This document shows positions 8,836 to 18,513 of a stretch of DNA of 64,000 nt, piece by piece. This DNA is from Lachnospiraceae bacterium (GTDB taxonomy: Bacteria > Bacillota > Clostridia > Lachnospirales > Lachnospiraceae), in assembly GCA_017558145.1 (NCBI GenBank), contig JAFYWF010000116.1:4415-68414 (forward strand), in the 5' to 3' direction. The position numbers were made by a program, and so were the translations under genes. How positions within the stretch are numbered: the first letter of the stretch is position 1; each line of letters begins with the position of its first letter. The notes beneath the pieces are model-generated. The model did no database searches, was not told the DNA's origin, and worked only from the letters and a program-made list of their open reading frames with translations.

Positions 8836-9237
8836 CTATTCTACAAGAGTTATTGTTCCAATAACTTTTGTAACTTCAAAATCAAATGACTCTGATACAA
8901 TCGCTTCAAACTTCAATATATTTTCTTCAACAAACTCAAAATTTTTGGAATACTGAATCATACCTAATCCAATCATTAATTCTTTGTCATTTGTTTCTAT
9001 TTCTATAACGCCACTCCTTCTCGCAGCTTCAATTGTTTTTAGCATGACATCATTATATCCCTTCGATGCAGCATTCATAGGCTCCTTTGTTAATTCTTTC
9101 GAATCTAAATTATATGTCACTGCATAAAGGTCCATTTTATCTTTATGATTTACATCAAATGCAATATTACACTTTACAAATCTTTTCGATAAATAATTAT
9201 TCCACAAACTATCCTGCTTTCCAGAGTGAATTTTCAA
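8836..9237 (-). CDS. Hypothetical protein (133 aa, TTG start in track), no recognisable family
   Basis: The evidence is the ORF only. It has a weak RBS and sits where the 5' part of a second rubrerythrin gene would be expected. Confidence 0.35.
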   Translation of the reverse strand: MKIHSGKQDSLWNNYLSKRFVKCNIAFDVNHKDKMDLYAVTYNLDSKELTKEPMNAASKGYNDVMLKTIEAARRSGVIEIETNDKELMIGLGMIQYSKNFEFVEENILKFEAIVSESFDFEVTKVIGTITLVE

Positions 9238-9333
9238 TTGTTTAAAGTTCCTTAAAGTGCTATAATACTCCTAAAGATATGGATTTATTAACCTTTTAGG
9301 ATACTTCCCCACAATCACAAACGATGCGAAGTG

Positions 9334-9408
9334 ATTGATGAAATGGCAAGAGATGAAGCTAAACATGGTAGGGCTTTCGAAGGTTTGTTAAAAAGATACT
9401 TTGCGTAA
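9334..9408 (+). pseudogene. 3'-terminal remnant of a second rubrerythrin gene
   Basis: Hand translation ...VIDEMARDEAKHGRAFEGLLKRYFA* (stop 9406-9408) parallels the end of the intact gene, [24 protein letters not shown] (8650-8724). No upstream rubrerythrin-coding frame remains. Confidence 0.75.
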
Positions 9409-9477
9409 GTCTTTTTATAACATATTTTACGACAACTAATTAAAATTTTTCATTTACAAAAGAAGGAGGCTATTATC

Positions 9478-9864
9478 ATGATTACAAACAGACCATTAGG
9501 ACACATTGGTTTAGGAACAAATGATATTGAAGCAACAGTAAACTGGTATATAAATGTACTTGGTTTTAAATTAATTGGAGATTTTAAAAGTCCAGTAGGT
9601 GAACCTATTAAATTTATTCAAAGCAATGATATTATTTACGAAATTTTCCAACCTATTGGTGGTGTTGCTGCTCCAGGAAAAATAGACCATTTTTGCTTTG
9701 CATCTGATGATATTGAAGCAGATTATCAATATTGTTTAGATAAAGGTTATACTTTTGAAGAAGAAGGCATTCAGGAACTTCCTACTGTATGGGAAAAAGG
9801 CGTAAGATATTTTAAAATCATGAGTCCTTCTGGCGAAGCTGTTGAATTTTGCCAAATTCTTTAA
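9478..9864 (+). CDS. VOC-family (glyoxalase/bleomycin-resistance/dioxygenase fold) protein
   Basis: 128 aa. LGHIGLGTNDIEATVNWYINVLGFKL and IDHFCFASDDIEADY are typical paired beta-alpha-beta-beta-beta modules. The RBS is GAAGGAGG. Confidence 0.75.
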   Translation: MITNRPLGHIGLGTNDIEATVNWYINVLGFKLIGDFKSPVGEPIKFIQSNDIIYEIFQPIGGVAAPGKIDHFCFASDDIEADYQYCLDKGYTFEEEGIQELPTVWEKGVRYFKIMSPSGEAVEFCQIL

Positions 9865-9914
9865 TTATCTTTTTTATAAACTATATATTTCTTAACTTTA
9901 AAAGTAATTTACAA

Positions 9915-9943
9915 AGAGGATAGTGAAATCTATTCTCTTTTTT
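9915..9943 (+). terminator. Rho-independent terminator (same core as 8759-8824 but without the nested insert)
   Basis: agaggatag (9915-9923), loop tgaaat, ctattctct (9930-9938), then TTTTT (9939-9943). Confidence 0.7.
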
Positions 9944-10129
9944 AGTTTAACATCTTCTATAGCAAATATATAAACAGCAAGAAATATCCCCATTACCTAT
10001 TTAATTGCTATAAAAATCTTAAATACATTTTATATTCGACAATTATGTCTGATTAATGTATAATGACTTTATGAATATTCTGTTTATTTAAGCAGAAGAA
10101 AGAATTTGTGTCGAAAAAGGAGAAATACT

Positions 10130-10528
10130 ATGGCAAAGAAAAATGGGGCTCAGACAGTTGATGTTGTAGCTGGTAGAAAAATCGTACTTTCCGCAGGTGT
10201 TGGAAAAACTAATATTGACGAATTAAAATGGCTTACAGAAACAGTTTTAGCGAGTGCAAAAGCTTGGAAGGCAAGTGGATGGGCTTACATCGCAGACTGT
10301 TCTCAAATGGAACCAGTTTCCCCTGCAGAAGGTGGAGAATTAGTTACTATGACAAAGAAATTTGTAGAAGCCGGTTGTAAAGCTTTTGCTTTTGCAGAAG
10401 GAAAATCTGTTTTGTTAAAAGTACAGGCTCAAAAGAATACACAACGTTCTCAGACAGGTATTGCTGAAGGACATTTTGAAACCGTAGAACAAGCTCTTGC
10501 TTGGTTAAAAGACGAAGTTAAAATTTAA
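10130..10528 (+). CDS. Hypothetical protein, possibly STAS/SpoIIAA-like fold
   Basis: ORF 10106..10528, whose track start is TTG. ATG at 10130 follows AAAGGAGA. The only support for the fold is weak pattern similarity (small alpha/beta, ...WAYIADCSQMEPVSPAEGGELV...). Confidence 0.4.
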   Translation: MAKKNGAQTVDVVAGRKIVLSAGVGKTNIDELKWLTETVLASAKAWKASGWAYIADCSQMEPVSPAEGGELVTMTKKFVEAGCKAFAFAEGKSVLLKVQAQKNTQRSQTGIAEGHFETVEQALAWLKDEVKI

Positions 10529-10541
10529 TAATTTACATAAG

Positions 10542-10578
10542 AAGATGTGTTTTGAATTTTCAAGGCACATCTTTTTTT
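10542..10578 (+). terminator. Rho-independent terminator
   Basis: aagatgtg (10542-10549) / cacatctt (10566-10573), followed by a T-run to 10578. Confidence 0.6.
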
Positions 10579-10726
10579 ATCAATTCTTTTTATTTTTAAA
10601 ATACCTTTCTTTTTCATGTAATTTAATATATTGTTAACAGTTTTTTGCACTTTTCATGTTTTTATTTTCTTAAAATTCTAATAATATGATATAATTAAAT
10701 TCGTATTTTCAGTGGGGGTCTATTAC

Positions 10727-11335
10727 ATGGGACATAAATTTTATGACATTAAAGAAGAAGCACCAATCGTTTTATCTATTCATGCCAATGAAAAACATAT
10801 GGATTTGGGTGCTGTTGTAAAGAAGCATTTAAGCCAAAATCTTACATTAATCTCCCTTAATTATAACGGGACTAAACGTTTGGTTTTTGATAATGTCAAA
10901 ATAGATGCACTTCATTGTCCCGAAGACGCTGTTCCCATTTTATGGCATAACGTCAAGATTATAAATCATAAAGATGCATACTTATTACAGACTAATTCCG
11001 ATGGTACCAGAAGTAATCGTAGAAACTCTTATCGCGTACCTATTGCAACTTTGGGTTGGTTAACACAGATAGGAAAACCTCCACGACAGGTTATGATTAA
11101 AGATGTTAGTATGACCGGTTTTGCCATTACAGATCGTAAAAAAGAATTGCATTTATCAGCCGGTGACAGAGTATCCCTTGCTTTTGATGATTTAATTTTT
11201 CAAATAAAATTGGAAGGTAAAGTAGTTCGCATTGAAACACATGACCAATATATTATTTATGGTTTTGTAATTCTCAATATATGTAACGATTTACCTGCCT
11301 ATATAAATTTAAAACAACGAAAAGTTAGAAGGTAA
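10727..11335 (+). CDS. PilZ-domain (c-di-GMP receptor) protein, YcgR/MotI-like size
   Basis: RRNSYRV (RxxxR) and DVSMTGF (DxSxxG) motifs with the right spacing, ~200 aa. ATG at 10727 follows GGGGG; the track start at 10712 is GTG. Confidence 0.7.
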   Translation: MGHKFYDIKEEAPIVLSIHANEKHMDLGAVVKKHLSQNLTLISLNYNGTKRLVFDNVKIDALHCPEDAVPILWHNVKIINHKDAYLLQTNSDGTRSNRRNSYRVPIATLGWLTQIGKPPRQVMIKDVSMTGFAITDRKKELHLSAGDRVSLAFDDLIFQIKLEGKVVRIETHDQYIIYGFVILNICNDLPAYINLKQRKVRR

Positions 11336-11343
11336 AATAGTTT

Positions 11344-12000
11344 ATGAAACGCTCTTTGAAAGAAATCTTAATTAGAATTGTAATTTTATTTATTGGATTA
11401 ACCATAGCACACTTAGGTGTTACTTTGTTTTTACTTGCAAACTTAGGTGCGGATCCTTTTAATGTATTTGTTCAGGGAATTTTTAGAACCACAAGTGCAA
11501 TTCCTGGATGGCCATTGCAAACTCACGGTAATACTCATATCGCGATTTGCTTTATTATTATTATTGCTTTGCTATTGATTGATCGAACTTACATAAAAAT
11601 TGGAACTGTTCTTTGTATGATTTTTGGTGGTCCTATTATTGATTTCTTTACACTAATTCTTACAGCACCTTTTGCAAATATGAATTCATTACTTCCAAAA
11701 ATTATCGTCAATGGATTAGGTTGTGTAATCTTAGCATTTGGTATGACAATCGTAATGAAATCCGATGCCGGGACAGGCCCTAATGATTTAGTAGGAATCG
11801 TGTTATCAGATAAGCTTAAGAAAAATTTCGGTGTCATTCGAATTATTGTTGATGTTTCCTTTGTAGCCATTGGTTTCTTCTTAGGAGGTTCCCTTGGAAT
11901 CGGAACATTAATTTGTGCATTTTTAGTTGGACCGGTAGCTAATATATTCCTTCCATTTAATGAAAAATGGATTAGTAATGTTGTAAAAAAATTCAACTAA
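11344..12000 (+). CDS. Polytopic membrane protein (YczE/YitT-like)
   Basis: 218 aa with about six hydrophobic helices. The N-terminus ...RIVILFIGLTIAHLGVTLFLLANLGADPFNVFVQGI is typical of that family. Confidence 0.55.
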   Translation: MKRSLKEILIRIVILFIGLTIAHLGVTLFLLANLGADPFNVFVQGIFRTTSAIPGWPLQTHGNTHIAICFIIIIALLLIDRTYIKIGTVLCMIFGGPIIDFFTLILTAPFANMNSLLPKIIVNGLGCVILAFGMTIVMKSDAGTGPNDLVGIVLSDKLKKNFGVIRIIVDVSFVAIGFFLGGSLGIGTLICAFLVGPVANIFLPFNEKWISNVVKKFN

Positions 12001-12033
12001 GTATTTCCAAAAATATAAGTATCATAAAATAAT

Positions 12034-12076
12034 AACCCCGGAAAGTAATAGCTTTGTACTATAACTTTTCGGGGTT
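12034..12076. terminator. Bidirectional terminator between convergent genes
   Basis: aaccccggaaagt (12034-12046) / acttttcggggtt (12064-12076), flanked by A-runs and T-runs. Confidence 0.65.
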
Positions 12077-12138
12077 TTACTATTGCTTTTGCAGTTATTT
12101 CTTGATAAAAAATTACTTTCTTTTACAAAACAATTAGG

Positions 12139-13668
12139 CTACATCGGTATATTTTTATGAGGAAGCTTATCTGCACATACTTCCTGATCCTGATACAAAG
12201 ATAAAATGTTTATAATCTTCTTTCTAGTATCCGATGGTATAATCACTTCGTCAACATATCCATTATGGGCTGCTTCAAAAGGAGTCATAAATTGTTTCTT
12301 ATATTCCTCTCGATATTTTTCTTTACTCTCTTCGGAGGCATCTCTATACAATACGTCAATAGCAGCTTCTGCACTCATAACAGCTATTTCTGCATTGGGC
12401 CATGCAAAAACCATATCTGCTCCTAACTCTTTACTGCACATAGCAAGATAAGAACCGCCATAAGCCTTTCTTAAAATAACAGTAATCTTTAATACTTCCG
12501 CTTCGCTATAAGCAAATAACATTTTTGCTCCGTGACGAATAATACCTCTCTGCTCCTGTTCCATTCCCGGATAAAATCCTGACACGTCTACAAGATTAAT
12601 TAAAGGAATATTGAAGCTATCACAAATACGAATAAATCCGGCTGCCTTGTCTGCCGCGTCAATATCTATACAACCTGCTTTTTGGGAGGATTGGTTTGCT
12701 ACAATCCCTACCGGATGTCCACCTATTCTAGCTAAAGTAGTAATAATATTTGGTGCATATTTTGCCTTCATTTCCATAATACTTCCTTCGTCAGTAAGAC
12801 ACTTAATTACTTCCATAGTGTCAAAGGCCTGACGATTAGAAAACGGTACAATATCATTTATTTTCTCATTTTTAATCATATTAAAAGGAGCTAATTTATG
12901 AGAACTCGGTCGCTTTTTGTAATTATCAGGAAGATATGTTAATAATTTTTTTATGTAAGCAATACACATTTTGTCATCAGAGGCCACATAATCCGCCATT
13001 CCACTCATCATGGAATGTGTCTCGGTACCACCCAACTCATCCATACTCACTACCTGACCAATAGCTTCCTTTACTACTCTTGGGCCCGTAATAAACATAT
13101 TGCTGGTACCTTCTACCATAAGAATAAAATCCGTAAGTGCCGGCGAATAAGATGCACCACCTGCACACGGTCCCATAATAGCTGAAATCTGTGGAATGAT
13201 ACCGGAAGTTTTCACATTATTGAAAAAAATATTTCCATGACCGGATAAGCTTTGAATCCCTTCTTGTACCCTGGCTCCACCGGAGTCAAATAATCCAATA
13301 ATAGGTACCTTCATTTGTAATGCTTTATTCTGAATATCTGCTATTTTTTTCGCATTCATTTTACTAATGGATCCACCAAATACCGTAAAATCCTGGGCAT
13401 AAACACAAACTGTTCTACCATCTACTTTTCCATAGCCGGTAATGACACCGTCGCCCTCCTGCTTTTTGTTCTGCATACTAAAGTAGGTACAACGATGTTC
13501 TATAAATGCATTTGTTTCTACAAAGGTTCCCTCATCTACCAGTAAGTGAATTCTTTCCCATGCTGTTAGCTTTCCTGCATTATGCTGCTTTTCTTTTCTA
13601 TTTTCTCCATGAACATTTTCTAATCGGGATTTTAACTCCTGATCCGATATCTTCAAATTTGTTCCCAT
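12139..13668 (-). CDS. Acyl-CoA carboxyltransferase subunit (propionyl-CoA carboxylase beta / methylmalonyl-CoA decarboxylase alpha family)
   Basis: 509 aa. HNAGKLTAWERI..., GGSISKMNAKKI, GLFDSGGARVQEG, MGPCAGGASYSPALTDF and RKAYGGSYLAM are typical carboxyl_trans domain blocks. Confidence 0.85.
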   Translation of the reverse strand: MGTNLKISDQELKSRLENVHGENRKEKQHNAGKLTAWERIHLLVDEGTFVETNAFIEHRCTYFSMQNKKQEGDGVITGYGKVDGRTVCVYAQDFTVFGGSISKMNAKKIADIQNKALQMKVPIIGLFDSGGARVQEGIQSLSGHGNIFFNNVKTSGIIPQISAIMGPCAGGASYSPALTDFILMVEGTSNMFITGPRVVKEAIGQVVSMDELGGTETHSMMSGMADYVASDDKMCIAYIKKLLTYLPDNYKKRPSSHKLAPFNMIKNEKINDIVPFSNRQAFDTMEVIKCLTDEGSIMEMKAKYAPNIITTLARIGGHPVGIVANQSSQKAGCIDIDAADKAAGFIRICDSFNIPLINLVDVSGFYPGMEQEQRGIIRHGAKMLFAYSEAEVLKITVILRKAYGGSYLAMCSKELGADMVFAWPNAEIAVMSAEAAIDVLYRDASEESKEKYREEYKKQFMTPFEAAHNGYVDEVIIPSDTRKKIINILSLYQDQEVCADKLPHKNIPM

Positions 13669-13789
13669 TTTATATCTCCAAAATCTTTTAACTTTTTAAG
13701 TATATTTTATAATCAAATAGCTTTATTCTTTATAAAAATTCTTTTGTAATATTTATATCATCTTTTATTACTAAATGACCATCGACAAA

Positions 13790-14689
13790 TTACCAGTTAA
13801 TTTTACCTTCGGCTTTAAATTCCTCAATCAAATCCACCAATGCCATCACCTTCATGGCACGCTTTAACATCGGAGGACCTATCATTTTTCCATTTAATAC
13901 CGCTACACTGCCACCTGCTGCCTGAATCTTATTTACTTCTGCAATCATATCTTTAGCATGCTGAATCTCTTCTTCCGAAGGCGTAAATACTTTATTACAC
14001 CAAGGAAGCTGTATGGGATTAACTATTAAACAACCTGCAAATCCCATGGCTACAGAAGCGTATTCTTCTTCTAAAAAACCTTCTTCATTTTTCAAATCCA
14101 AATACGGCGTATCAATAGGCAAAAGCCCATGGGTTCTGGCTGCCATAACAATCATCGTTCGAGGCATTTCAAAAGCTCTTCTTGGACAATCGTTAATTCC
14201 CGAAACACTATCCAGATAATCCTCTCCACCAAAAAGAATGGCAATATTTCGCTTACTACCGGAGGCAATAGAATCCACATTGATTACTGCTTGCGCATTT
14301 TCAATCAAAGGTAATATTTTTAAGCTTCCACGCTCTAACCCTTCCCGATTCTCTACAAAATCTAAAAGTGCTTCAAAGGCTTTAATATTCCCTACATCCG
14401 TAATTTTTGGAACCACTATGCCTGTAATCTGATCATCTGTAATTAACTTTAAATCCTCCGGCAAATCATCTGTTCCTAACTGGTTCACACGAATAAATAA
14501 TTGTTTTCCACGAAAAACACCTTTATCCAAATATTTTTTTAGCATTGCACGAGCTTCCGGACGCTTTCCCTTCGGTACCGCATCTTCCATATCAAAAATA
14601 ATAGCGTCTGCTTCGCAGGTGATTGCTTTATTTAAGAATTTTTCATTATATGATGGTACAAATAACATGCTTCTGAGTAAGTATTTCAT
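13790..14689 (-). CDS. HpcH/HpaI aldolase - citrate lyase beta (CitE)-like acyl-CoA lyase
   Basis: ORF 13790..14755, whose track start is TTG. LRSMLFVPSYNEKFLNKAITCEADAIIFDMEDAV matches the CitE N-terminal pattern. ATG at 14689 (MKYLLRS) follows GAAGGG. Confidence 0.75.
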   Translation of the reverse strand: MKYLLRSMLFVPSYNEKFLNKAITCEADAIIFDMEDAVPKGKRPEARAMLKKYLDKGVFRGKQLFIRVNQLGTDDLPEDLKLITDDQITGIVVPKITDVGNIKAFEALLDFVENREGLERGSLKILPLIENAQAVINVDSIASGSKRNIAILFGGEDYLDSVSGINDCPRRAFEMPRTMIVMAARTHGLLPIDTPYLDLKNEEGFLEEEYASVAMGFAGCLIVNPIQLPWCNKVFTPSEEEIQHAKDMIAEVNKIQAAGGSVAVLNGKMIGPPMLKRAMKVMALVDLIEEFKAEGKINW

Positions 14690-14841
14690 ATATTTTGCCC
14701 TTCTTTTTATAGGATATTTAGTTACAGTATAGCAAATAAGAGAAAACTTAAGCAACTAAAGGATTTGAAAATATCTATTGACCATAGAAAAAAAAAAGTT
14801 ATGATAAATATAATAATATCTAAGGTGGTTTAAAAAAGATA

Positions 14842-15954
14842 ATGGATAGAAAAATTGAACCTTATGAACTAAACAATCTAAATAATAAAAATACAAACTT
14901 TTCTCTACCCATCTCTGTATGTATTATCACTAAAAACGAGGAAAAATATATAGAAACCTGCTTAAATAAACTAAAAAAATATAATTGGGAAATCATTGTA
15001 ACCGATACCGGCTCTACAGATCGTACTGTAGATATCTGCAAGAAATATACAAACAAAATTTTTCATTTTGATTGGATTAACGATTTTGCTGCTGCCAGAA
15101 ACTTTTGTATTTCTAAAGCAAGCAACAATTGGATTTTATCCGTCGACAGTGATGAGTATTTGATCAATGAACAATCAGAGCAGGAATTATTAAAAATACT
15201 GACACCCTGCTTTTCTCATCCGGAATCTGCAGGTATGGTAGATATTCTTAATCCACAAACAAGTTCCGGACAATTAACCACAAGTAATGATCCTGTGGCA
15301 AGATTTTTCCACAAACAATATTACTCTTATGTTGGGAAAGTTCATGAACAACCTATGCCTGTCACAGAGCAAAAACCTTCCTATTTTAAATCACCTTTCA
15401 GACTTTACCATGAAGGTTATGCTAACCCGGAAATTTTACATAAAAAGGCTACACGTAACATTTCATTATTAAAAAATGAATTGGAAAAAATAACAAATGA
15501 TCCTTATTTATATTTTCAATTAGGACAAAGCTATCTATCATTAAACGATTATGAAAATGCCTATCTCATTTTCCAAAAAGGTCTTGAATTGGATGTAGAT
15601 CCAAACCTACAATATGTTAAAACTATGGTAACCTCCTATGGTTACACCATGCTTCATTTAAAAAAATACAACGAGGCTCTTTCTTTCGACTCTATCTACG
15701 ATACTTTTTCTAATTATGCAGACTTTGTCTTCCTTATGGGGCTTATTTATATGAATAATGCATTTTTTGATGAAGCAATACACCAATTTCTACATGCTAC
15801 CAAGTGTAATGAGTATTCCGTAGAAGGTATTAATAGCTATCTTGCTTACCATAATATCGGCGTTATTTATGAATGTGCTGGAATGGTTGATGAAGCAAAA
15901 AAATATTATGATATGAGCAAACTTGCTAAAGATAATGATAACTATGACAAATGA
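14842..15954 (+). CDS. GT2 glycosyltransferase with C-terminal TPR-like region
   Basis: ISVCIITKNEEKYIETCL...VTDTGSTDRT...DFAAARN...SVDSDE, then YFQLGQSYLSLNDYENAYLIFQKGLELD. It is a paralog of 50226..51302. Confidence 0.8.
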   Translation: MDRKIEPYELNNLNNKNTNFSLPISVCIITKNEEKYIETCLNKLKKYNWEIIVTDTGSTDRTVDICKKYTNKIFHFDWINDFAAARNFCISKASNNWILSVDSDEYLINEQSEQELLKILTPCFSHPESAGMVDILNPQTSSGQLTTSNDPVARFFHKQYYSYVGKVHEQPMPVTEQKPSYFKSPFRLYHEGYANPEILHKKATRNISLLKNELEKITNDPYLYFQLGQSYLSLNDYENAYLIFQKGLELDVDPNLQYVKTMVTSYGYTMLHLKKYNEALSFDSIYDTFSNYADFVFLMGLIYMNNAFFDEAIHQFLHATKCNEYSVEGINSYLAYHNIGVIYECAGMVDEAKKYYDMSKLAKDNDNYDK

Positions 15955-15967
15955 AGGGAATAAAACT

Positions 15968-17143
15968 ATGAAAATTCTAATGATGGAATGGCAAAGTTTC
16001 GGAAACGAAGATATGATTGCCGGATTTAAAGAATTAGGACATGAAGTTGTCACTATGCCTTTTACTAATGAAGAAATGCATCATAATAAAGAAATTGAAG
16101 AAAATATTGTAGGTAAAATCAAGGAATTTTCTCCTGACTTTGTTTTCTCGTTTAATTATTTTCCTATAATATCTCTTGCCTGCAAGCAAGTAGATATGAA
16201 ATATGTTTCCTGGATCTACGACAATCCTCTCGTATTACTTTATTCTTATACTGTTATTTATCCCGGAAACTACATTTTTCTTTTTGATAAAGAATTATAT
16301 ATGGAATTTCATAATTCCGGTATCCAAACCATATATTATATGCCTTTGGCAGCAAATACAGAACGTTTAAAACTTATGGAAAGTTCTGCAAAAGCAGATT
16401 TTTTTGAAAAAAGTAAATGGATGAACCAAGCAGACATCGCTTTTATCGGGTCACTCTACACCGAAAAACATCAATTTTATCAAAGACTAACAGGGATTAC
16501 ACCTTATACCAGAGGTTATTTGGAAGGAATTATGGCTGCTCAAAAACATGTTTATGGCTATAACTTTATTCAGGAAATGATGACTGCAGAAATTATGGAA
16601 GATATGTCAAAATTCCTACCTATGGAACCGGATCCCAGAAGCGTGGCTACGAAGGAATATCTTTTTGCCCAATATGTCATTAACCGACAAATTACTGCCA
16701 TGGAAAGAACAGAAATGCTAACTGCTATCGGCGAAAAATACCAATTTGACCTCTATACACCGGAAGAATCCTTAACACTTCCCGGTTGTATTAATCACGG
16801 AAAAGTTGACTATTATGACATGGCTCCCTTTGTATTTAAACATGCAAAAATCAATTTAAACATTACTCTTAGAAGTATTAAAAGCGGAATTCCTCTTCGA
16901 GCCTTTGATATCTTAGGTGCCGGTGGATTTTTACTTACCAATTATCAAACAGATTTTATGGACTGTTATATTCCGGGGGAAGATTTTGTTTACTACGAAA
17001 GCAAACAAGATTTATTAGATAAAATTGATTACTATTTAAATCATGATGATGAAAGAATTGCCATTGCAAAAAATGGTTTTGAAAGAACTGCCGCTAATCA
17101 TACCTATAAACATAGAATTGAAGAAATGCTGAGTTATTTTTAA
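15968..17143 (+). CDS. CgeB-family (DUF3880 + Glyco_trans_1_2-like) glycosyltransferase, copy 1
   Basis: ORF 15923..17143; ATG at 15968 follows GAAGGGA. Blocks shared with 17140..18357 and 61319..62497 are PLAANTER, DIAFIGSLY, KINLNITL, GIPLRAFDILGAGGF and DERIAIAKNG. Confidence 0.6.
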   Translation: MKILMMEWQSFGNEDMIAGFKELGHEVVTMPFTNEEMHHNKEIEENIVGKIKEFSPDFVFSFNYFPIISLACKQVDMKYVSWIYDNPLVLLYSYTVIYPGNYIFLFDKELYMEFHNSGIQTIYYMPLAANTERLKLMESSAKADFFEKSKWMNQADIAFIGSLYTEKHQFYQRLTGITPYTRGYLEGIMAAQKHVYGYNFIQEMMTAEIMEDMSKFLPMEPDPRSVATKEYLFAQYVINRQITAMERTEMLTAIGEKYQFDLYTPEESLTLPGCINHGKVDYYDMAPFVFKHAKINLNITLRSIKSGIPLRAFDILGAGGFLLTNYQTDFMDCYIPGEDFVYYESKQDLLDKIDYYLNHDDERIAIAKNGFERTAANHTYKHRIEEMLSYF

Positions 17144-18357
17144 ACATAACTCAGCATCTCTTTTATTATCATCCCTAAATCATAATTTCTTTTTAACTTT
17201 TCATAGCCATTTTGGGCAATCTGTTTTCGCTCCTCTTCATGCTCCAAATAATAAGCTACTTTTTCCACTAAATCCTCCATGGAGGAATACATAACCAAAT
17301 CTTCTCCATCCGTAAAATATTCTGCTATCTCCGGCTGATAATTGGTGATACAAAAACCACCACAGCTTAAAATATCAAATACACGTAAGGGAATCCCTGA
17401 TTCAATCGTTTTAGAGGTAATATTTAGATTAATTTTGCTATTGTGAAAAACATATGGCATCTCTTTTTCATAATTTACAAATCCTTTTTCTCGGATATTT
17501 AAACCATGCAAAAAAACTGGTAACGTGGAGCCGGAATATAAATCCACCTCAAAATGTTCTCCTAATACTCTTAATACCTTTTCTCTTTCTCTTGCAGACA
17601 CTTCCATACCCACAGTATCTGCGGCCATCTGAGCTAGATCCTGGTGATACATATCACCCAAACTAAGCTTGCATTTTTCTATGATTTCATTCATGATATC
17701 GTCGGGCAAAGCCTCTTTAATAAAATTATAACCATATACCTTTAGCTGAGATTCTACAAGACCGTCCGTAAATCCTTTGCAATAATCCGACAATACCACA
17801 TTCCGTAATCGATTCTTCTTTTCACTGTATAAATTACCTACAAATGAGATATCACTTTCATACTTCTTTTGAATTTCATCCTTTATCATTTTAGGATTAA
17901 TTTTTTCATTACTTAAATCTATACTTGTATTACTAAGGATTGTCACCAATCTTTCTGCATCTGCTGCCAAAGGAAAATGGATACAGTGCTTTGCTCCTAA
18001 CTGTTGCAAATACAAATTATACTTTCTGTCAAAACAGAAAATATAATTCATTTCGTTTCCAATTGTCTTAGAATATAAGGTATACATAGGACAATCATAT
18101 ATCCAGGACAAATAGGGAATTTGATTCATCTCACATAACATAGAGACCAAAGGAAAATAATCGAAACTAAATACTGCTTGAAACTTTTCTGCATGCAATA
18201 CTTGTAAAAATTCAAAAGCAAATTCTGCATCCGCATGATAGTCTTTTATTTTCTTTGCAAAAACACAATATTCTATTTTATTTTGCTTTAATATTTTTTC
18301 CAACCCGGGCTCACTATTGGAACCGAATTGGTAGAATAGTATTTTCTTCAAAATCAT
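17140..18357 (-). CDS. CgeB-family glycosyltransferase, copy 2 (convergent with copy 1, 4-nt overlap)
   Basis: It has the same conserved blocks: PLAADAER, DISFVGNLY, KINLNITS and GIPLRVFDILSCGGF. The C-terminus EMLSYV* compares with copy 1's EMLSYF*. Confidence 0.6.
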   Translation of the reverse strand: MILKKILFYQFGSNSEPGLEKILKQNKIEYCVFAKKIKDYHADAEFAFEFLQVLHAEKFQAVFSFDYFPLVSMLCEMNQIPYLSWIYDCPMYTLYSKTIGNEMNYIFCFDRKYNLYLQQLGAKHCIHFPLAADAERLVTILSNTSIDLSNEKINPKMIKDEIQKKYESDISFVGNLYSEKKNRLRNVVLSDYCKGFTDGLVESQLKVYGYNFIKEALPDDIMNEIIEKCKLSLGDMYHQDLAQMAADTVGMEVSAREREKVLRVLGEHFEVDLYSGSTLPVFLHGLNIREKGFVNYEKEMPYVFHNSKINLNITSKTIESGIPLRVFDILSCGGFCITNYQPEIAEYFTDGEDLVMYSSMEDLVEKVAYYLEHEEERKQIAQNGYEKLKRNYDLGMIIKEMLSYV

Positions 18358-18513
18358 TTTTCGCTCTTTTATTAATTTATCTTTTTATTAGAAAGAATTA
18401 TTTGAATGAGTAGAATTCCTCTGTTCTAATATTGATAATTAATTGATTTGTTTATTTAAGTATAATTGTCATACTTATTTTATATTTGCTTAAAATTTGC
18501 CAAATAGACAATA

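Noticed and set aside
14778-14814. TTGACC as the -35 of a sigma-A promoter for the first island gene (14842)
   Set aside because: No acceptable -10 hexamer lies at 16-19 nt. The good TATAAT at 14809-14814 is 25 nt away. The start of transcription for this operon is left unassigned.
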